From an uncultured Rivularia sp. (GTDB lineage Bacteria; Cyanobacteriota; Cyanobacteriia; Cyanobacteriales; Nostocaceae), in contig OY762007.1 of the NCBI GenBank assembly GCA_963665115.1, forward strand, positions 4,640,001 to 4,704,000: a DNA stretch of 64,000 nucleotides. Direction: 5' to 3'. Positions 41,044 through 52,208 of the stretch are shown here, one piece after another. Each line of letters opens with the position of its first letter. Within the stretch, counting starts at the first letter, position 1. Under the pieces are notes generated by a model that did not search any database, was not told the origin of the DNA, and saw only the letters and a list, made by a program, of their open reading frames with translations. The translations under genes and the position numbers were made by a program.

Positions 41044-41574
41044 TTATTGCTCTTCCCAGAAACCTCTTTTAAATGGCTCGAAATCTAATGCTTCATCTTT
41101 TGAAACACCAAACTTTTCCATAAAAGAGATGTAAGCATTTTCTAGCTTGTTTTTATCGGATTCGATTATAGAAGCGATTTGCCTTTTTGGTTTTTTGATG
41201 TATCCGAATAAATCGTCGATTTCACCAGCCCAACATTTGTAAATAATAAACATCCATTCATGCTCTTGTTTTATTCCAATTTTCTTTGCAATATTATTTA
41301 CTTCTCCGATAGATGGATTTTTACTTACGTATTGTGGAATTGATATTGCAGAGCCGATAAATGGAGAATTTACCTTTTTAACTGTATATAGCGCTTCCCG
41401 GTCTATCGAGGTACATCTTAAAACCTCACCCCCAACCCCTCTCCTTATTAAGGAGAGGGGAGATAAAGAAAGCTGTACTTCACCAGATTGAGAAACGCTA
41501 TAAGGAATATCAAGAGGTACTTCTTCGGAAATCTGAAATTCTTTGACAAATATTCCAGCAAATTGATAGGTCAT
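41044..41574 (-). CDS. Hypothetical protein containing an in-frame 114-bp MITE insertion
   Basis: Likely start ATG 41574 (MTYQFAGIF); C-terminal FEPFKRGFW. Confidence 0.6.
   Translation of the reverse strand: MTYQFAGIFVKEFQISEEVPLDIPYSVSQSGEVQLSLSPLSLIRRGVGGEVLRCTSIDREALYTVKKVNSPFIGSAISIPQYVSKNPSIGEVNNIAKKIGIKQEHEWMFIIYKCWAGEIDDLFGYIKKPKRQIASIIESDKNKLENAYISFMEKFGVSKDEALDFEPFKRGFWEEQ
41387..41502. mobile_element. MITE-like element with about 29-bp inverted ends and a CCCCTCTCCTTATTAAGGAGAGGGG hairpin core
   Basis: TATAGCGCTTCCCGGTCTATCGAGGTACA ... TGTACTTCACCAGATTGAGAAACGCTATA. Confidence 0.8.
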
Positions 41575-41869
41575 TTCCACAAATGGTAAAATTGCAGTAG
41601 AAAAAGCGAACAAGAAGAAATCCTGTCCGCATATTATCAGAAGCACCTCTGTGATTACCAAGAACATCTTACATGATTCTTACAGTACCTATGTACTAAA
41701 AAACAAATGTATAAGTTAATTTTGCGCGATCGCCCGAATCGTCATAAATTAAACTTATGCGTTTCTCGTTCTCAGAGGTAGATTAACGTATCTAAGAATA
41801 TTTTTTTCTTAATTGCCCAAAATAGAAGTAAAAGAAGAATTGAGAAAAAGCGAATAAATACAATCTAAA

Positions 41870-42779
41870 ATGCACAACCGAAAGCAGGATAGCACCTCAG
41901 ATCAATTTGTAAATCCATTAGATATTTTAGAAAAGAAACCTACAATATCTCAAAGCTCGGTTTGTGTAAATGAAGATTTAATAGTTAATTATCGCCACGA
42001 TTTGCCAGGGAAATTAGAATTACCATTGGGATTAAGCCATCACTTACTAACTTTTTTTATAACTGATAATAAAAGACAAATAACACATATTAATGGTACT
42101 GGAGAGTATGACGGACAGATGAATCAAGGAGAATTTTATCTCTGTCCCCGCAGAAGTTTCTGGTTTTACTAGTTGGGAAGTAGTTGACGAAACTTTGCAT
42201 ATAGTTATTAAACCATCGTTAATACGTCAAGTAGCGATAGAAACTGAATCTCTTAATCCAGATAGAATCGAACTGCTACCAGTTTTAAAAAATTACGATT
42301 TGCAAATAGAGCAACTAGCTAAGTTATTATTTTCAGAAATGCAAAACGATGGCTTGGGAGGAAAGCTGTATTTAGAATCTCTTACTAATGTTTTAGTAAT
42401 TCATTTGTTGCGTAATTATTGTGTATTTGAACCGATATTCCGCAAGCAGAGTAAAGGATTAGCATCTTCTAAGCTGCGTCAAATACTTGATTATATTAAT
42501 GAATACTTAGACCAAGATTTGAGCTTAAAAATAATGGCTAAAGAAGTTGGGATGAGTTATGCCTATTTTGCCGATCAATTTAAACAAGCTATGGGAATTC
42601 CCCCACATCAATATGTTAACCAGCAGCGAATAGAAAAAGCCAAACAGTTACTCAAAGAGCATAAATATACAATAGCAGAAATAGCATTAGAATCTGGCTT
42701 ATCCAGTCAAAGTCATTTAAATAAACTATTTCGTAAATATGTAGGAACTACCCCGAAGAATTATCAAAAGCAACTATAA
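41870..42779 (+). CDS. AraC-family transcriptional regulator; apparent +1 frameshift at C-run 42146-42149
   Basis: Removing one C joins the ORFs (YLCPAEVSGFTSWEVVDETLH); C-terminal AraC HTH. Confidence 0.85.
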
Positions 42780-43029
42780 CTCGATTAGTAAAAATATTTA
42801 CCGTCATTGCAAAGTAATAGCATTATGTAATTACTTTTATCCTGCTTCAAAACCAAAAATCTCTTTTTTATTTCTTTTCTCTGCGTCTCTGCGGTTATTT
42901 ATAAATAATTTTCGCGCTTAAACAAATAAATCTAAAGAATAGACAAAATTTCTAAATTCTGTAAAAGATTAGAGCGCGAGCAAAGCCATACAATTGTTTT
43001 GTCAATCTAAAAATCAATTAAGCGGAGTC

Positions 43030-43425
43030 ATGGAATTTATTAATCCCCCCGAACTCGGAGACTCATCAAAGTATGGATTTACGCAAATCGTTGTTGTACC
43101 ATCAGGATCGAGTTTAGCTTATATCGCAGGACAGAGTGGAGCCGATGAAAACGGCAACTATGGTACTTTTAGCGAGCAATTGCAACAAGCATTTGTAAAT
43201 TTGCAAAAAGCGCTTACCGCAGTCGGAGCAACCCCAGAAAATGTGGTTAAAATCACGATTCTTTCAGTAGAACATAACGAAGAAAAATTAGGTTTAATTT
43301 CTGCTCAAAGAAAGTCTTTTTGGTCAAATCACAAACCAACCAGTACTATAATTCCCGTACCGAGATTGGCAAGTGATGGAATGTTATTTGAAATTGATGC
43401 TGTTGCGGTAGTTGCCAATTCTTAA
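43030..43425 (+). CDS. RidA/YjgF family protein
   Basis: YIAGQ, ENVVKIT, PTST...V-x-RL...FEIDAVA. Confidence 0.85.
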   Translation: MEFINPPELGDSSKYGFTQIVVVPSGSSLAYIAGQSGADENGNYGTFSEQLQQAFVNLQKALTAVGATPENVVKITILSVEHNEEKLGLISAQRKSFWSNHKPTSTIIPVPRLASDGMLFEIDAVAVVANS

Positions 43426-43443
43426 TTTTTTGGAGGTTATTAA

Positions 43444-43896
43444 ATGACATTACCCATGATTCTTCATGCAGGAGAAGGACAATCTGTCAAAATTGGTACG
43501 AGTAATTGTACTTTTAAGTTAACAGGAAAAGATACTCACGGTCACTTTGGACTATTTGAATATACCTTAGAACCGGAAACCGAAGGTCCAAGCCCTCACA
43601 TACATAAACGAATGACCGAGATATTTTATGTTATTGAAGGGGAATTAGAATTGGTACTTAGGAAAGAGAAAATAACTGCTTTCCCTGGAACTTTGATGAG
43701 CGTACCGGAGAACACACCACACGGTTTTTCTAATCGTAGTACAAAGCAATCAAAATTCTTGATTATGTTTTGTCCCGCAGATTCGCGGGAGCAATATTTT
43801 ATCGGATTATCTGAATTAAGGAAAAATGGACGAAAACCCAGTCGCGAAGAGTTATTAGAATTAGCAGCAAAATTTGACCAGTATCCAGCCACTTAA
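43444..43896 (+). CDS. Cupin domain protein
   Basis: PHIH...EIFYVIEGEL...VPENTPHGF. Confidence 0.88.
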   Translation: MTLPMILHAGEGQSVKIGTSNCTFKLTGKDTHGHFGLFEYTLEPETEGPSPHIHKRMTEIFYVIEGELELVLRKEKITAFPGTLMSVPENTPHGFSNRSTKQSKFLIMFCPADSREQYFIGLSELRKNGRKPSREELLELAAKFDQYPAT

Positions 43897-43966
43897 TTAA
43901 CTTGTGTGTAACGTTTTGATAATTTGTGTACCTACTTACAAAATTTCTAGCATTACGCACCACCTA

Positions 43967-44078
43967 TACAGCAGATTTCATTTAAGTGAGGTACACATCG
44001 TTTCTAGAGGAAGTAGGGAGTAGGGAGTAGGGAGTAGGGAGTAGGGAAATGTACCTCATATACCTGCAAAGTGCTGTA
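43967..44078. mobile_element. MITE-like element (TACAGC...GAGGTACA ends) carrying an (AGTAGGG)n STRR
   Basis: TACAGCAGATTTCATTTAAGTGAGGTACA ... TGTACCTCATATACCTGCAAAGTGCTGTA. Confidence 0.7.
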
Positions 44079-44119
44079 AGTTGTGAAAATAGTGTCGATT
44101 TTATACCGGAATGGTGTAA

Positions 44120-44276
44120 TAGACATCTCCGGAAAACATTATATGGTTTCAAATTTACGCAAATACCTAACCCCCCTACCCCCTTCCCTGCGAGGGAAGG
44201 GGGTAAATTAAGCCTCTCTACGAGAAAACGCTTCGCGTTCATGGAGAGGGATCTTTTTCTTTTCGGGAGATGTCTA
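44120..44276. mobile_element. MITE-like element with TAGACATCTCC(G/C)GAAAA inverted ends and GC hairpin cargo
   Basis: 17-bp inverted repeat with one mismatch; internal CCCCTTCCCTGCGAGGGAAGGGG. Confidence 0.7.
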
Positions 44277-44375
44277 ATGTATAAAAGCGCAATTGGTTAG
44301 TTTATAAACACATCTTCCCACAGATGATAAACTAAGCTAAACAAGGCAAGCGTTATCGGAGAGAATAGTAAATTA

Positions 44376-44999
44376 GTGGACGGAAGAAAACGCGCCCTAG
44401 CAACCGAGCGCAATCGCGAACCGATTTTACAAGTACTTTTAGAAGTTTTGCCACCCACTGGCACGATTTTAGAAATAGCCAGCGGTACGGGAGAACATGC
44501 TGCATATTTTGCGCCACGTTTGAAACCGAGAAAATGGATTCCTTCTGACACCGATGCTTCGCTGCGTGAAAGTATCGTGGCATGGATTGAACATTCACAA
44601 AGCGAAAATCTTTATCAACCCCTCGATATTGATGCTTCTCAGCCGGTTTGGAAAGTCGAAAAGGAAATATTATCTGAAATATCTGATATTACCGCGATCG
44701 TGAATATTAATATGATTCACATTTCAAAGTGGTCTGCTTGTTTGGGATTAATAGCAGCCGCAGGTCGTATACTTTCATCCGAAGGTGTCCTGTATTTATA
44801 CGGTCCATACAAACAAGGTGGGAAACATACAGCGCCTTCCAATGCAGCCTTTAGCGAGTATTTACAAGAACAAAACCCAGAATGGGGAGTACGTAACTTA
44901 GAAGACGTAGTAGAACTAGCCAAAACCCATAATTTGATTCTACAAAAAACCGAACCTATGCCAGCAAATAATCTTTCGGTAGTTTTCAAACATTCTTGA
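44376..44999 (+). CDS. DUF938 family SAM-dependent methyltransferase
   Basis: ATERNREPIL, LEIASGTGEH, INMIHI, YGPY, MPANN. Confidence 0.9.
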   Translation: MDGRKRALATERNREPILQVLLEVLPPTGTILEIASGTGEHAAYFAPRLKPRKWIPSDTDASLRESIVAWIEHSQSENLYQPLDIDASQPVWKVEKEILSEISDITAIVNINMIHISKWSACLGLIAAAGRILSSEGVLYLYGPYKQGGKHTAPSNAAFSEYLQEQNPEWGVRNLEDVVELAKTHNLILQKTEPMPANNLSVVFKHS

Positions 45000-45160
45000 A
45001 ATTGGAATTGGCGATTTTGGGCATGGGAAAGAAGAGAGGGGGTAGAGGGGGAAGAAAAAACCTCAAATGCTTAACCACTTATTACTTACTACTCTCTACT
45101 CTCTACTCCTAACTGCTCACTGATAACTGATAACTGATAACTGTTCACTGTTCACTGATT

Positions 45161-45532
45161 ATGGCTGATGTAAACGGTACTTGGTTGGGAACTTACTGGC
45201 AATATGGAAATCCGACTCGCTTTGAAATTGTACTTTTGCAAAGCGGTAATAGTTTGACTGGCAGCGTTTTGGATGATTGCTATTTAGGAGAAGCTAAGTT
45301 AAGTGGTGAAGTTGTAGGTCGTCGTATTAGCTTTATTAAAAGTTATTTTACTAGTTCGCCGGATGCTGTGGAATACGTTGGCACAATTTCCGAAGATGAA
45401 GATTATATCCAAGGGCAATGGACGATCGGTAGTTGGGATTCTGGCCCTTGGGAAGCTAGACGCAGCGGTGAGTCTTTAAGTTTGGAAGCTAAAAATAAGG
45501 CTGAGAAAAAGGTGCCTATTAGTGTCGGGTAA
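45161..45532 (+). CDS. Hypothetical protein (small beta-rich)
   Basis: 123-aa ORF, GTWLGTYWQ. Confidence 0.75.
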   Translation: MADVNGTWLGTYWQYGNPTRFEIVLLQSGNSLTGSVLDDCYLGEAKLSGEVVGRRISFIKSYFTSSPDAVEYVGTISEDEDYIQGQWTIGSWDSGPWEARRSGESLSLEAKNKAEKKVPISVG

Positions 45533-45812
45533 ATGACAACAAGGTTCGTAGTGAGGACTTAAGTCCTTTAAGTGAGGAGGGCTAAAGCCCTTACTACGAA
45601 CCTATAACAGTTGCCTGACATGGGTAAAATTATACTTCTTTCTATCTCTTTTTTATGTATATCCCGCAAAATTATAAAGATTTGCCCTGGAATAGTTATA
45701 TATTCCGGTTTACGTATGTTTACATTAACTTTTAAGGAATAACGGTGACAAGAACTGAATCTATTTAGTATCAATCGAACAAAGATAACTTTTTAGATTT
45801 AGATAAAATTTT

Positions 45813-47825
45813 ATGTCACTCCAAGCTGGGTTTGATGCTGCGAAAGAAGGGCGCTATCAAGAAGCGATTCCATTATTAGAACAATATTGTCGTAATAGTG
45901 CCGAACAAAGTTCCGCTGAATACTGTACGGCGCAAATGTGGTTGGTAAGGGGTTATAAAGCTACTGGAGAAACTGAAAAAGCTTTGATTCTATGCCAAAG
46001 GTTGAAGCAAAGCGAGCATACGAAAGTAAGTGACTGGGCTGGCAAAATGTACCAGAAGCTGAATGAATCGGCATCACCAGCAACTGAAACTGCACAAAAT
46101 CCTGTTGCTAATAAAAAAGCTGTTGGTGCTGCTGGGGTGAAGCTAGCAATGGCAGGGGTTGGTGGAAATCTGGCTTTAGCGTCTGTCGTAACCATGTCTT
46201 TAATGTCTGGCATGGTGCTGGTATTGGCTCTGGGTATAGTATTGATTGCCGATAGCCAGAATCCAATTTTAGGTTTGGGTATTGCGATCGCGATTACTAT
46301 ACTTTTCAACGTTGCGGCTTTCTTCTTATCTCCGTTTTTAATGGATTTAACCCAAAATTGGCTGTATAAAACTCGTTGGGTTGAATTGGCAGAAATTGAA
46401 AATCTGAGTCCGGAAACGATTAACGTTATTCGTCGGGTTTGTCAACAGAAAAAAATCAAAACACCGCGTTTGGGAATCATTGAAGACCAAAACCCTACGG
46501 CATTTACTTACGGTTCATTACCTAACAGCGCTCGATTGGTGGTAAGTAGGGGTCTTTTTACTTATCTCGATGATGATGAAGTTGCGACAGTTTACGCTCA
46601 CGAACTCGGACATATTGTCCATTGGGACTTTGCGGTGATGACTGTGGCTTCAACTTTGGTACAAATCTGCTATTTGATTTACACCACAGCTAGAACAATA
46701 ATGCGTAGCATGGGTGATAACAAACTTGCAGACGCAGCGAAAACGGCTTCATTAGTCGCATACATTTTTTACTTTATTGGTACTTACTTGTTGCTGTATC
46801 TTTCTCGCACTAGAGAATACTTTGCAGATCATTTTGCAGCAGAAGTTACGGGAAATCCTAACGGTTTATCTCGCGCTTTAGTAAAGATAGCTTACGGAAT
46901 TGTTGAAGAAGGTTCGAGAGCAAAAGAACCCAGTCGCTTAATAGAAGGAACTCGTGCTTTGGGTATTTACGATGCTAAAGCCGCAGCAACTACAGGAAAT
47001 GCTTACCGCATCGCTTCCCAACCAGAAAAAGTTGGTAGAGTGTTTCTCTGGGATATGTTTAATCCTTGGGGTTGGTGGATGGAATTGAGTTCAACTCATC
47101 CTCTTACGGGTAAAAGAGTCCGCGCTTTGAGTACTTATTCCGAGCAATTGGGTTTAGAAACCGAATTCGATATGGGGAAAGTTGTTGGGGAAGGCAAGCA
47201 TTTAAATAAAAAGAAGCTTTACGGTAATTTTGTCCAAGATATTTTCCTTTATGGTGCGGAAACTATTGGTTTATTTGTTGGTATTGCCATTAGCGTTATC
47301 CTTGTAAGTTCTGGTGTACAAAATCCCGGTTTATTTATTGCTTGTCCGTTAATTGGTTTGGGAATCGGAGTATTAATAAAAGCCCTTGTAATGTATCCCA
47401 ATTACAGCAAAGCAGTTGAAACAGACGTTCTCACTTTAATGTCAGATCCTTATGCTAGTCCTTTACGCGGTCAACCTGCAAAACTTGAAGGTAAATTAAT
47501 CGGGCGTGGTGACGCTGGCTATAAATTTGGTTCCGATTTGAAAATACAAGATCCTAGCGGAATGCTTTATTTGCGTTATGCTTCTCGATTTGGTTCCCTT
47601 GGTAATTTCTTATTCGGAATGAAGCGAGTAGAAAGTTTAATTGATATGAATGTTGCTTCCGTAGGTTGGTTCCGTCGTGGTATTGCACCGTGGATGGATT
47701 TAATTGAATTAAAAAGTGAAAATGGTACGGTTGTTAATAGCTATCATCGTTTTTGGTCTTTCGTTGTCGGTGGTTTTTTGATTATTTTGGGAATAGCTTT
47801 GACGGTATTGTTAGCAGGGGTTTAG
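45813..47825 (+). CDS. M48/HtpX-family membrane zinc metalloprotease with N-terminal TPR-like segment
   Basis: PTAFTYG, HELGH, SRTREYFAD, STHPL. Confidence 0.9.
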   Translation: MSLQAGFDAAKEGRYQEAIPLLEQYCRNSAEQSSAEYCTAQMWLVRGYKATGETEKALILCQRLKQSEHTKVSDWAGKMYQKLNESASPATETAQNPVANKKAVGAAGVKLAMAGVGGNLALASVVTMSLMSGMVLVLALGIVLIADSQNPILGLGIAIAITILFNVAAFFLSPFLMDLTQNWLYKTRWVELAEIENLSPETINVIRRVCQQKKIKTPRLGIIEDQNPTAFTYGSLPNSARLVVSRGLFTYLDDDEVATVYAHELGHIVHWDFAVMTVASTLVQICYLIYTTARTIMRSMGDNKLADAAKTASLVAYIFYFIGTYLLLYLSRTREYFADHFAAEVTGNPNGLSRALVKIAYGIVEEGSRAKEPSRLIEGTRALGIYDAKAAATTGNAYRIASQPEKVGRVFLWDMFNPWGWWMELSSTHPLTGKRVRALSTYSEQLGLETEFDMGKVVGEGKHLNKKKLYGNFVQDIFLYGAETIGLFVGIAISVILVSSGVQNPGLFIACPLIGLGIGVLIKALVMYPNYSKAVETDVLTLMSDPYASPLRGQPAKLEGKLIGRGDAGYKFGSDLKIQDPSGMLYLRYASRFGSLGNFLFGMKRVESLIDMNVASVGWFRRGIAPWMDLIELKSENGTVVNSYHRFWSFVVGGFLIILGIALTVLLAGV

Positions 47826-48056
47826 TTAATTAAATACAATACCTACAAGTTGAAAAAGTGAGTACGATTGTAGGCATTGCTATTGGAATTGCTGCTGCTG
47901 CTGAAAGTCATAGAGCAGTAACATTAGCTAGCCAACGACAATCGGAAAATAGCTTTTAGCGTCTTCAAGTATTTTAAAATTAATCTGAGTTTACAAGTCT
48001 ACTTTAGTAGGCTTTTTTCTTGTATTAACTTTTTCCTAATATTTTTAGTATTCCAC

Positions 48057-48239
48057 CACATTAATTCTGTGGGGTAGTAGCAAACATTTTTATTTCTTCA
48101 GTCCTTTTAAGAGGACTTTCGCTATTAGACCGGGAATTGCATTTCCGGTCGGTTTGTGTAATGCGTTAGCGATGCATTTCAGACACGCTTCGCTTAACCC
48201 AACCTACGAATTAATGCGTTACCCCACAAAACTGATGTG
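48057..48239. mobile_element. MITE-like composite with 20-bp inverted ends and nested repeat cargo
   Basis: CACATTAATTCTGTGGGGTA ... TACCCCACAAAACTGATGTG. Confidence 0.65.
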
Positions 48240-48471
48240 CTTGAATACTAATAGTTGATTGCATAAATTCTGAATGATTCGTTTTCCCAGAACCGTCGGG
48301 AGACGTAGCACTGCTACGTCTCTACAAGCAGTCATAATTAATGAAACAGACCTTATTTATGCTCTAAAAATTGGCTCTTGTTTAACAAAAGCACTATTCG
48401 ACGCAGCTTTAGATAAAATTGTTATTTTAGCCACTATTCTTATTTCAAATAATCCAAAATCCAAAATCGTC

Positions 48472-49344
48472 ATGTCTGTAATAGTTGCCACATTATATAA
48501 ATTTGTCAAATTGCCAGATTTCGCTGAAAAACAACAACCTTTATTATCTATTTGCGAAGCACAAGGAATAAAGGGAACTATTTTACTGGCACAAGAAGGT
48601 ATTAACGGTACGATTGCAGGTTGTCGTCAAGGGATTGATACGGTTATTGATTTTTTACTTTCCGATTCCCGGTTTACAGATTTGGAATACAAGGAATCTA
48701 CCGCCGAATCTCCGCCATTTCAACGAATGAAGGTTAGGTTAAAAAAGGAAATCGTAACTTTGGGTTTATCAGAAGTTAATCCCAGCGAAAATGTTGGAAC
48801 TTATGTTAACCCTAAAGACTGGAATGAAATAATTTCTAATCCAGAAGTAACTGTAATAGACACTCGCAACGATTATGAAATAAGTATTGGTACTTTCCAA
48901 CGAGCAGAAAACCCGCAAACTGAATCATTTCGCGAATTTCCCGAATATGCTAGTAAAAACTTAAATCCCGATCAAAATAAAAAAGTAGCAATGTTTTGTA
49001 CTGGCGGAATTCGCTGCGAAAAAGCCACTTCCTACCTGCTTTCTCAAGGATTTGCAGAAGTTTATCATCTCAAAGGCGGCATTCTCAAATATTTAGAAGA
49101 AGTACCATCAGAAGAAAGTTTATGGGAAGGTGAATGTTTTGTTTTTGACGAGCGTGTAGCTGTGCGTCATGGCTTAGAATCCGGTAGCTACGATATGTGC
49201 CCTAGTTGCGGACATCCGATTTCCGAAGATGACAAAGTTTCACCCAAATACGAATCAGGAATTTCCTGTCCCCACTGTTTTGACGAACTTACTGAAGAGA
49301 AGAAAGCCAAGATGCAGGAGAAGAAGCGGCAGCGTCAGGAGTGA
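48472..49344 (+). CDS. trhO: tRNA uridine(34) hydroxylase TrhO (UPF0176 rhodanese-domain)
   Basis: LYKF, GTILLA-x-[42 protein letters not shown]; true start probably ATG 48472. Confidence 0.88.
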   Translation: MSVIVATLYKFVKLPDFAEKQQPLLSICEAQGIKGTILLAQEGINGTIAGCRQGIDTVIDFLLSDSRFTDLEYKESTAESPPFQRMKVRLKKEIVTLGLSEVNPSENVGTYVNPKDWNEIISNPEVTVIDTRNDYEISIGTFQRAENPQTESFREFPEYASKNLNPDQNKKVAMFCTGGIRCEKATSYLLSQGFAEVYHLKGGILKYLEEVPSEESLWEGECFVFDERVAVRHGLESGSYDMCPSCGHPISEDDKVSPKYESGISCPHCFDELTEEKKAKMQEKKRQRQE

Positions 49345-49517
49345 TGGGGAGATGGGGAGAATAAGTTAGGAGTAACAAGTAGTGAGTAGTGAATAAATGA
49401 CCAACTATTGCTTCTTATTCTCAACCGGGCTGCTCAACCATCCATTCCTTACTTGCTACTCGTTACTCACTACTTAAAGAATCCCTCTTCCCCCCATGCC
49501 CAATTACCAATTACCAA

Positions 49518-50180
49518 TTACCTTTTTCTAACCAATGTCAAACCATCTGCAATCGGTACCATGCTGAGGGTAACTCGCTCGTCTTTGTGAAGTTTTTCGT
49601 TTAAGGCGCGAATTTTCTTAGTTCTATTATCTTGAATTTTTGAATCTGCTACTTGTCCTGACCATAATACGTTATCAATGGCAATCAATCCACCGGGACG
49701 AATTAATTTTAATGCTCTTTCGTAATAATCATCGTAGCTGCTTTTATCTGCGTCGATGAAGGCAAAATCAAAGGTATCCGTTTCACCTGCTGCGATTAAT
49801 TTATCGAGAGTGGCGATCGCCGGAGCTATACGTAAATCGATTTTATGGGCGACTCCTGCTTGTTCCCAGTAACGACGGGCTATGGATGTGTATTCTTCAC
49901 TCACATCGCAAGCAACCATTTTACCTTCTGGCGGTAGTGCTAAGGCAACCACCAAAGAACTATAGCCTGTAAAGACACCAATTTCTAAAGCTTTCTTGGC
50001 TCCCATTAATTGCACCAGCAAAGCCATAAACTGTCCTTGCTCTGGGGAAATTTGCATGATATGTCTGGGATGGTTTGCGGTTTCTTGACGTAGTTTTGTT
50101 AAAACGTCCGGTTCCCGTATAGATACTGATAGTAAATAATGATATATGTGATTTTCTAATCCCAGTGTTTGCTTAGACAT
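49518..50180 (-). CDS. Class I SAM-dependent O-methyltransferase (caffeoyl-CoA OMT family)
   Basis: MQISPEQGQF, LEIGVFTGYS, FIDADK, DNVLW. Confidence 0.92.
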   Translation of the reverse strand: MSKQTLGLENHIYHYLLSVSIREPDVLTKLRQETANHPRHIMQISPEQGQFMALLVQLMGAKKALEIGVFTGYSSLVVALALPPEGKMVACDVSEEYTSIARRYWEQAGVAHKIDLRIAPAIATLDKLIAAGETDTFDFAFIDADKSSYDDYYERALKLIRPGGLIAIDNVLWSGQVADSKIQDNRTKKIRALNEKLHKDERVTLSMVPIADGLTLVRKR

Positions 50181-50350
50181 CTTTCGTATTGTGGTGGTTT
50201 TAATCGTTTCTTCACTGAGAGAATATTTTAAGTTAATTATGTCTTGTTGTTATATTCCTGAAGAGATAGAGGGATTTAAGTAAAACAAACTATCTGGGTA
50301 GGTGAATGATAATTAAAGTTTGAGATTGGGAATGATAAGTATGGTTCTAT

Positions 50351-52069
50351 TTGTTACATAGTATGCAATATTTGTTTTACCCTGTTGTAATTTATGCGCT
50401 GTTAGTTGCTGTCTCATATCTCGTTACCTTTTTACAGCTTTGCAAGGTGACGGTGCAATATCCCAGCTATAGCGTGCAAGCAGTTGAGAATATGCCGTCT
50501 TATCTACAAAAGTTGTTTTTGATCCCGATTCAAGAACTTCAAGAGTTTGGTTTTGTGCCAAGCTGCTATTTACAGGTAAAGCCGATGTTAAAGGTTTATC
50601 CTAATACTGCTTGCGAGATTTTACTATATAACGAAGCTTTTAACTGTTATGCAAAAGTTGGCATACGTCATCCGATAGAACCCCTAGATTTATTCGATAT
50701 TGAATTTTATACTTTTTTTAAGGATAAAACTTGTTTAGTAACAACAAATGGTAAAGGGAATACGGTTATAGGTAAAATTCCTTTCTTTATTATGCAAGAT
50801 TATTATACTGCTGAAACATCCTCACAATGGCAGTATCATCAAGGTAGATTGAGGCAATTAAAATCGCATAAAATTCCCAAACTTTTATCACCGGAAGCTT
50901 TTACAGAAAGGCTCCAAGTATATTTCCAAAATTATATTAATTCTTTAGTCAAATTAAAATATATATTGCCAATTTCCAAAAAAGTATTATTCCGTTTAAA
51001 TGGAAAATTGGCATTAAAACTAACACAAAAAATAATTCAGGGAAATAATCAAAGCGCGAATATTATTAAACAGCGTCGAGAACAAGCAAAAAGCAAGTCT
51101 AAATTATCGGTGGAAATTCCGATCGAATTGGAAGTAGAGGGATTTCAACGGATGGAAATATTGCAGCGAGGGCTTATTGATAAAAAATTACGTCCTTGGA
51201 TATTCTTAGGTAGTTTTGTTTTATTCGTAATTACTTCCACAAAATATTTTGGCACTCAAACTTTAATTATTTTCATTGCTGCATTAATACTTCACGAAGG
51301 AGGACATTTGTTAGCAATGAAACTTTGCGGCTATCGAGATGCTTCTTTACTTTTCCTACCTTTTCTTGGTGCTGTTGCTACTGCCCGTAAAGATGATGCT
51401 ACAATAACTCAAAGGTTTTTTGTTTCTTTAGCTGGACCTTTACCGGGATTAATTTTAGGTTTAGTTTTAGCAATTATATTTAAAGATGCCAGCTATTCAA
51501 CTTGGATAAAGCAAGCAAGTTGGATATTGATTTGCTTAAATTTATTTAATTTATTACCGATTTACCCCCTCGATGGCGGACAAATAATCGATATTCTGCT
51601 ATTTTCGCGTTTTCCCTATAGTGATGTCGTCTTTAAGGCATTTGGGGCAATTATTATTAGTTTATTAGGAATTGCTCATCCGGCATTGTTTTTGCTTATC
51701 ATTCCCTTATTTTTGAATATTGTATATAGCTATCGCGCTGCTAAAGTAAATTCTAAATTACAAAAGTCTTTCAGAACAAATCCACCATCAAACCAAGAAA
51801 ATATCTTATATTCTATATTTCAATCTTTACAGCAGTTTGATTATCATTATTTGCCATTCAACAGCAGATACCTAGTAGTAAAAAACTTGATTGAACGATA
51901 CCACTGTTCTTACAGCAAGCGGATAACCAAAGTAATTTTAGCAAGCGTGTATTGTGTAAGTTTGTTAGTAGGAATTTTAAGTAGCTGGCAAGCAGTTGTA
52001 CCGAATTCGGTTGATTTTCTTCCCAAGTTTGCTAAATCATCTATTCAACAAGAAATACAAAATAAATAA
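50351..52069 (+). CDS. Site-2 protease (M50) family protein
   Basis: HEGGH, LAGP, NLLPIYPLDGG; start uncertain. Confidence 0.85.
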   Translation: MLHSMQYLFYPVVIYALLVAVSYLVTFLQLCKVTVQYPSYSVQAVENMPSYLQKLFLIPIQELQEFGFVPSCYLQVKPMLKVYPNTACEILLYNEAFNCYAKVGIRHPIEPLDLFDIEFYTFFKDKTCLVTTNGKGNTVIGKIPFFIMQDYYTAETSSQWQYHQGRLRQLKSHKIPKLLSPEAFTERLQVYFQNYINSLVKLKYILPISKKVLFRLNGKLALKLTQKIIQGNNQSANIIKQRREQAKSKSKLSVEIPIELEVEGFQRMEILQRGLIDKKLRPWIFLGSFVLFVITSTKYFGTQTLIIFIAALILHEGGHLLAMKLCGYRDASLLFLPFLGAVATARKDDATITQRFFVSLAGPLPGLILGLVLAIIFKDASYSTWIKQASWILICLNLFNLLPIYPLDGGQIIDILLFSRFPYSDVVFKAFGAIIISLLGIAHPALFLLIIPLFLNIVYSYRAAKVNSKLQKSFRTNPPSNQENILYSIFQSLQQFDYHYLPFNSRYLVVKNLIERYHCSYSKRITKVILASVYCVSLLVGILSSWQAVVPNSVDFLPKFAKSSIQQEIQNK

Positions 52070-52208
52070 AGATACTTATGTAGAGACGTAGCATTGCTAC
52101 GTCTCCATGAATTTTGGTTAAACCGAAAATGAATGTGATATCATTTGAGGCTACATAAAAATGGAAAAAACCGCAGAGAGCGCCGAGGAAGAGGAAGAGA
52201 GAATAATT

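Noticed and set aside
47834..47959. Short coding-like stretch (…VSTIVGIAIGIAAAAESHRA…)
   Set aside because: No clear start or SD; could be a gene remnant but cannot be supported without a search
48274..48471. 66-aa N-terminal extension on TrhO
   Set aside because: Runs through an AGACGTAGCACTGCTACGTCT palindrome and an STRR; the conserved domain begins at ATG 48472
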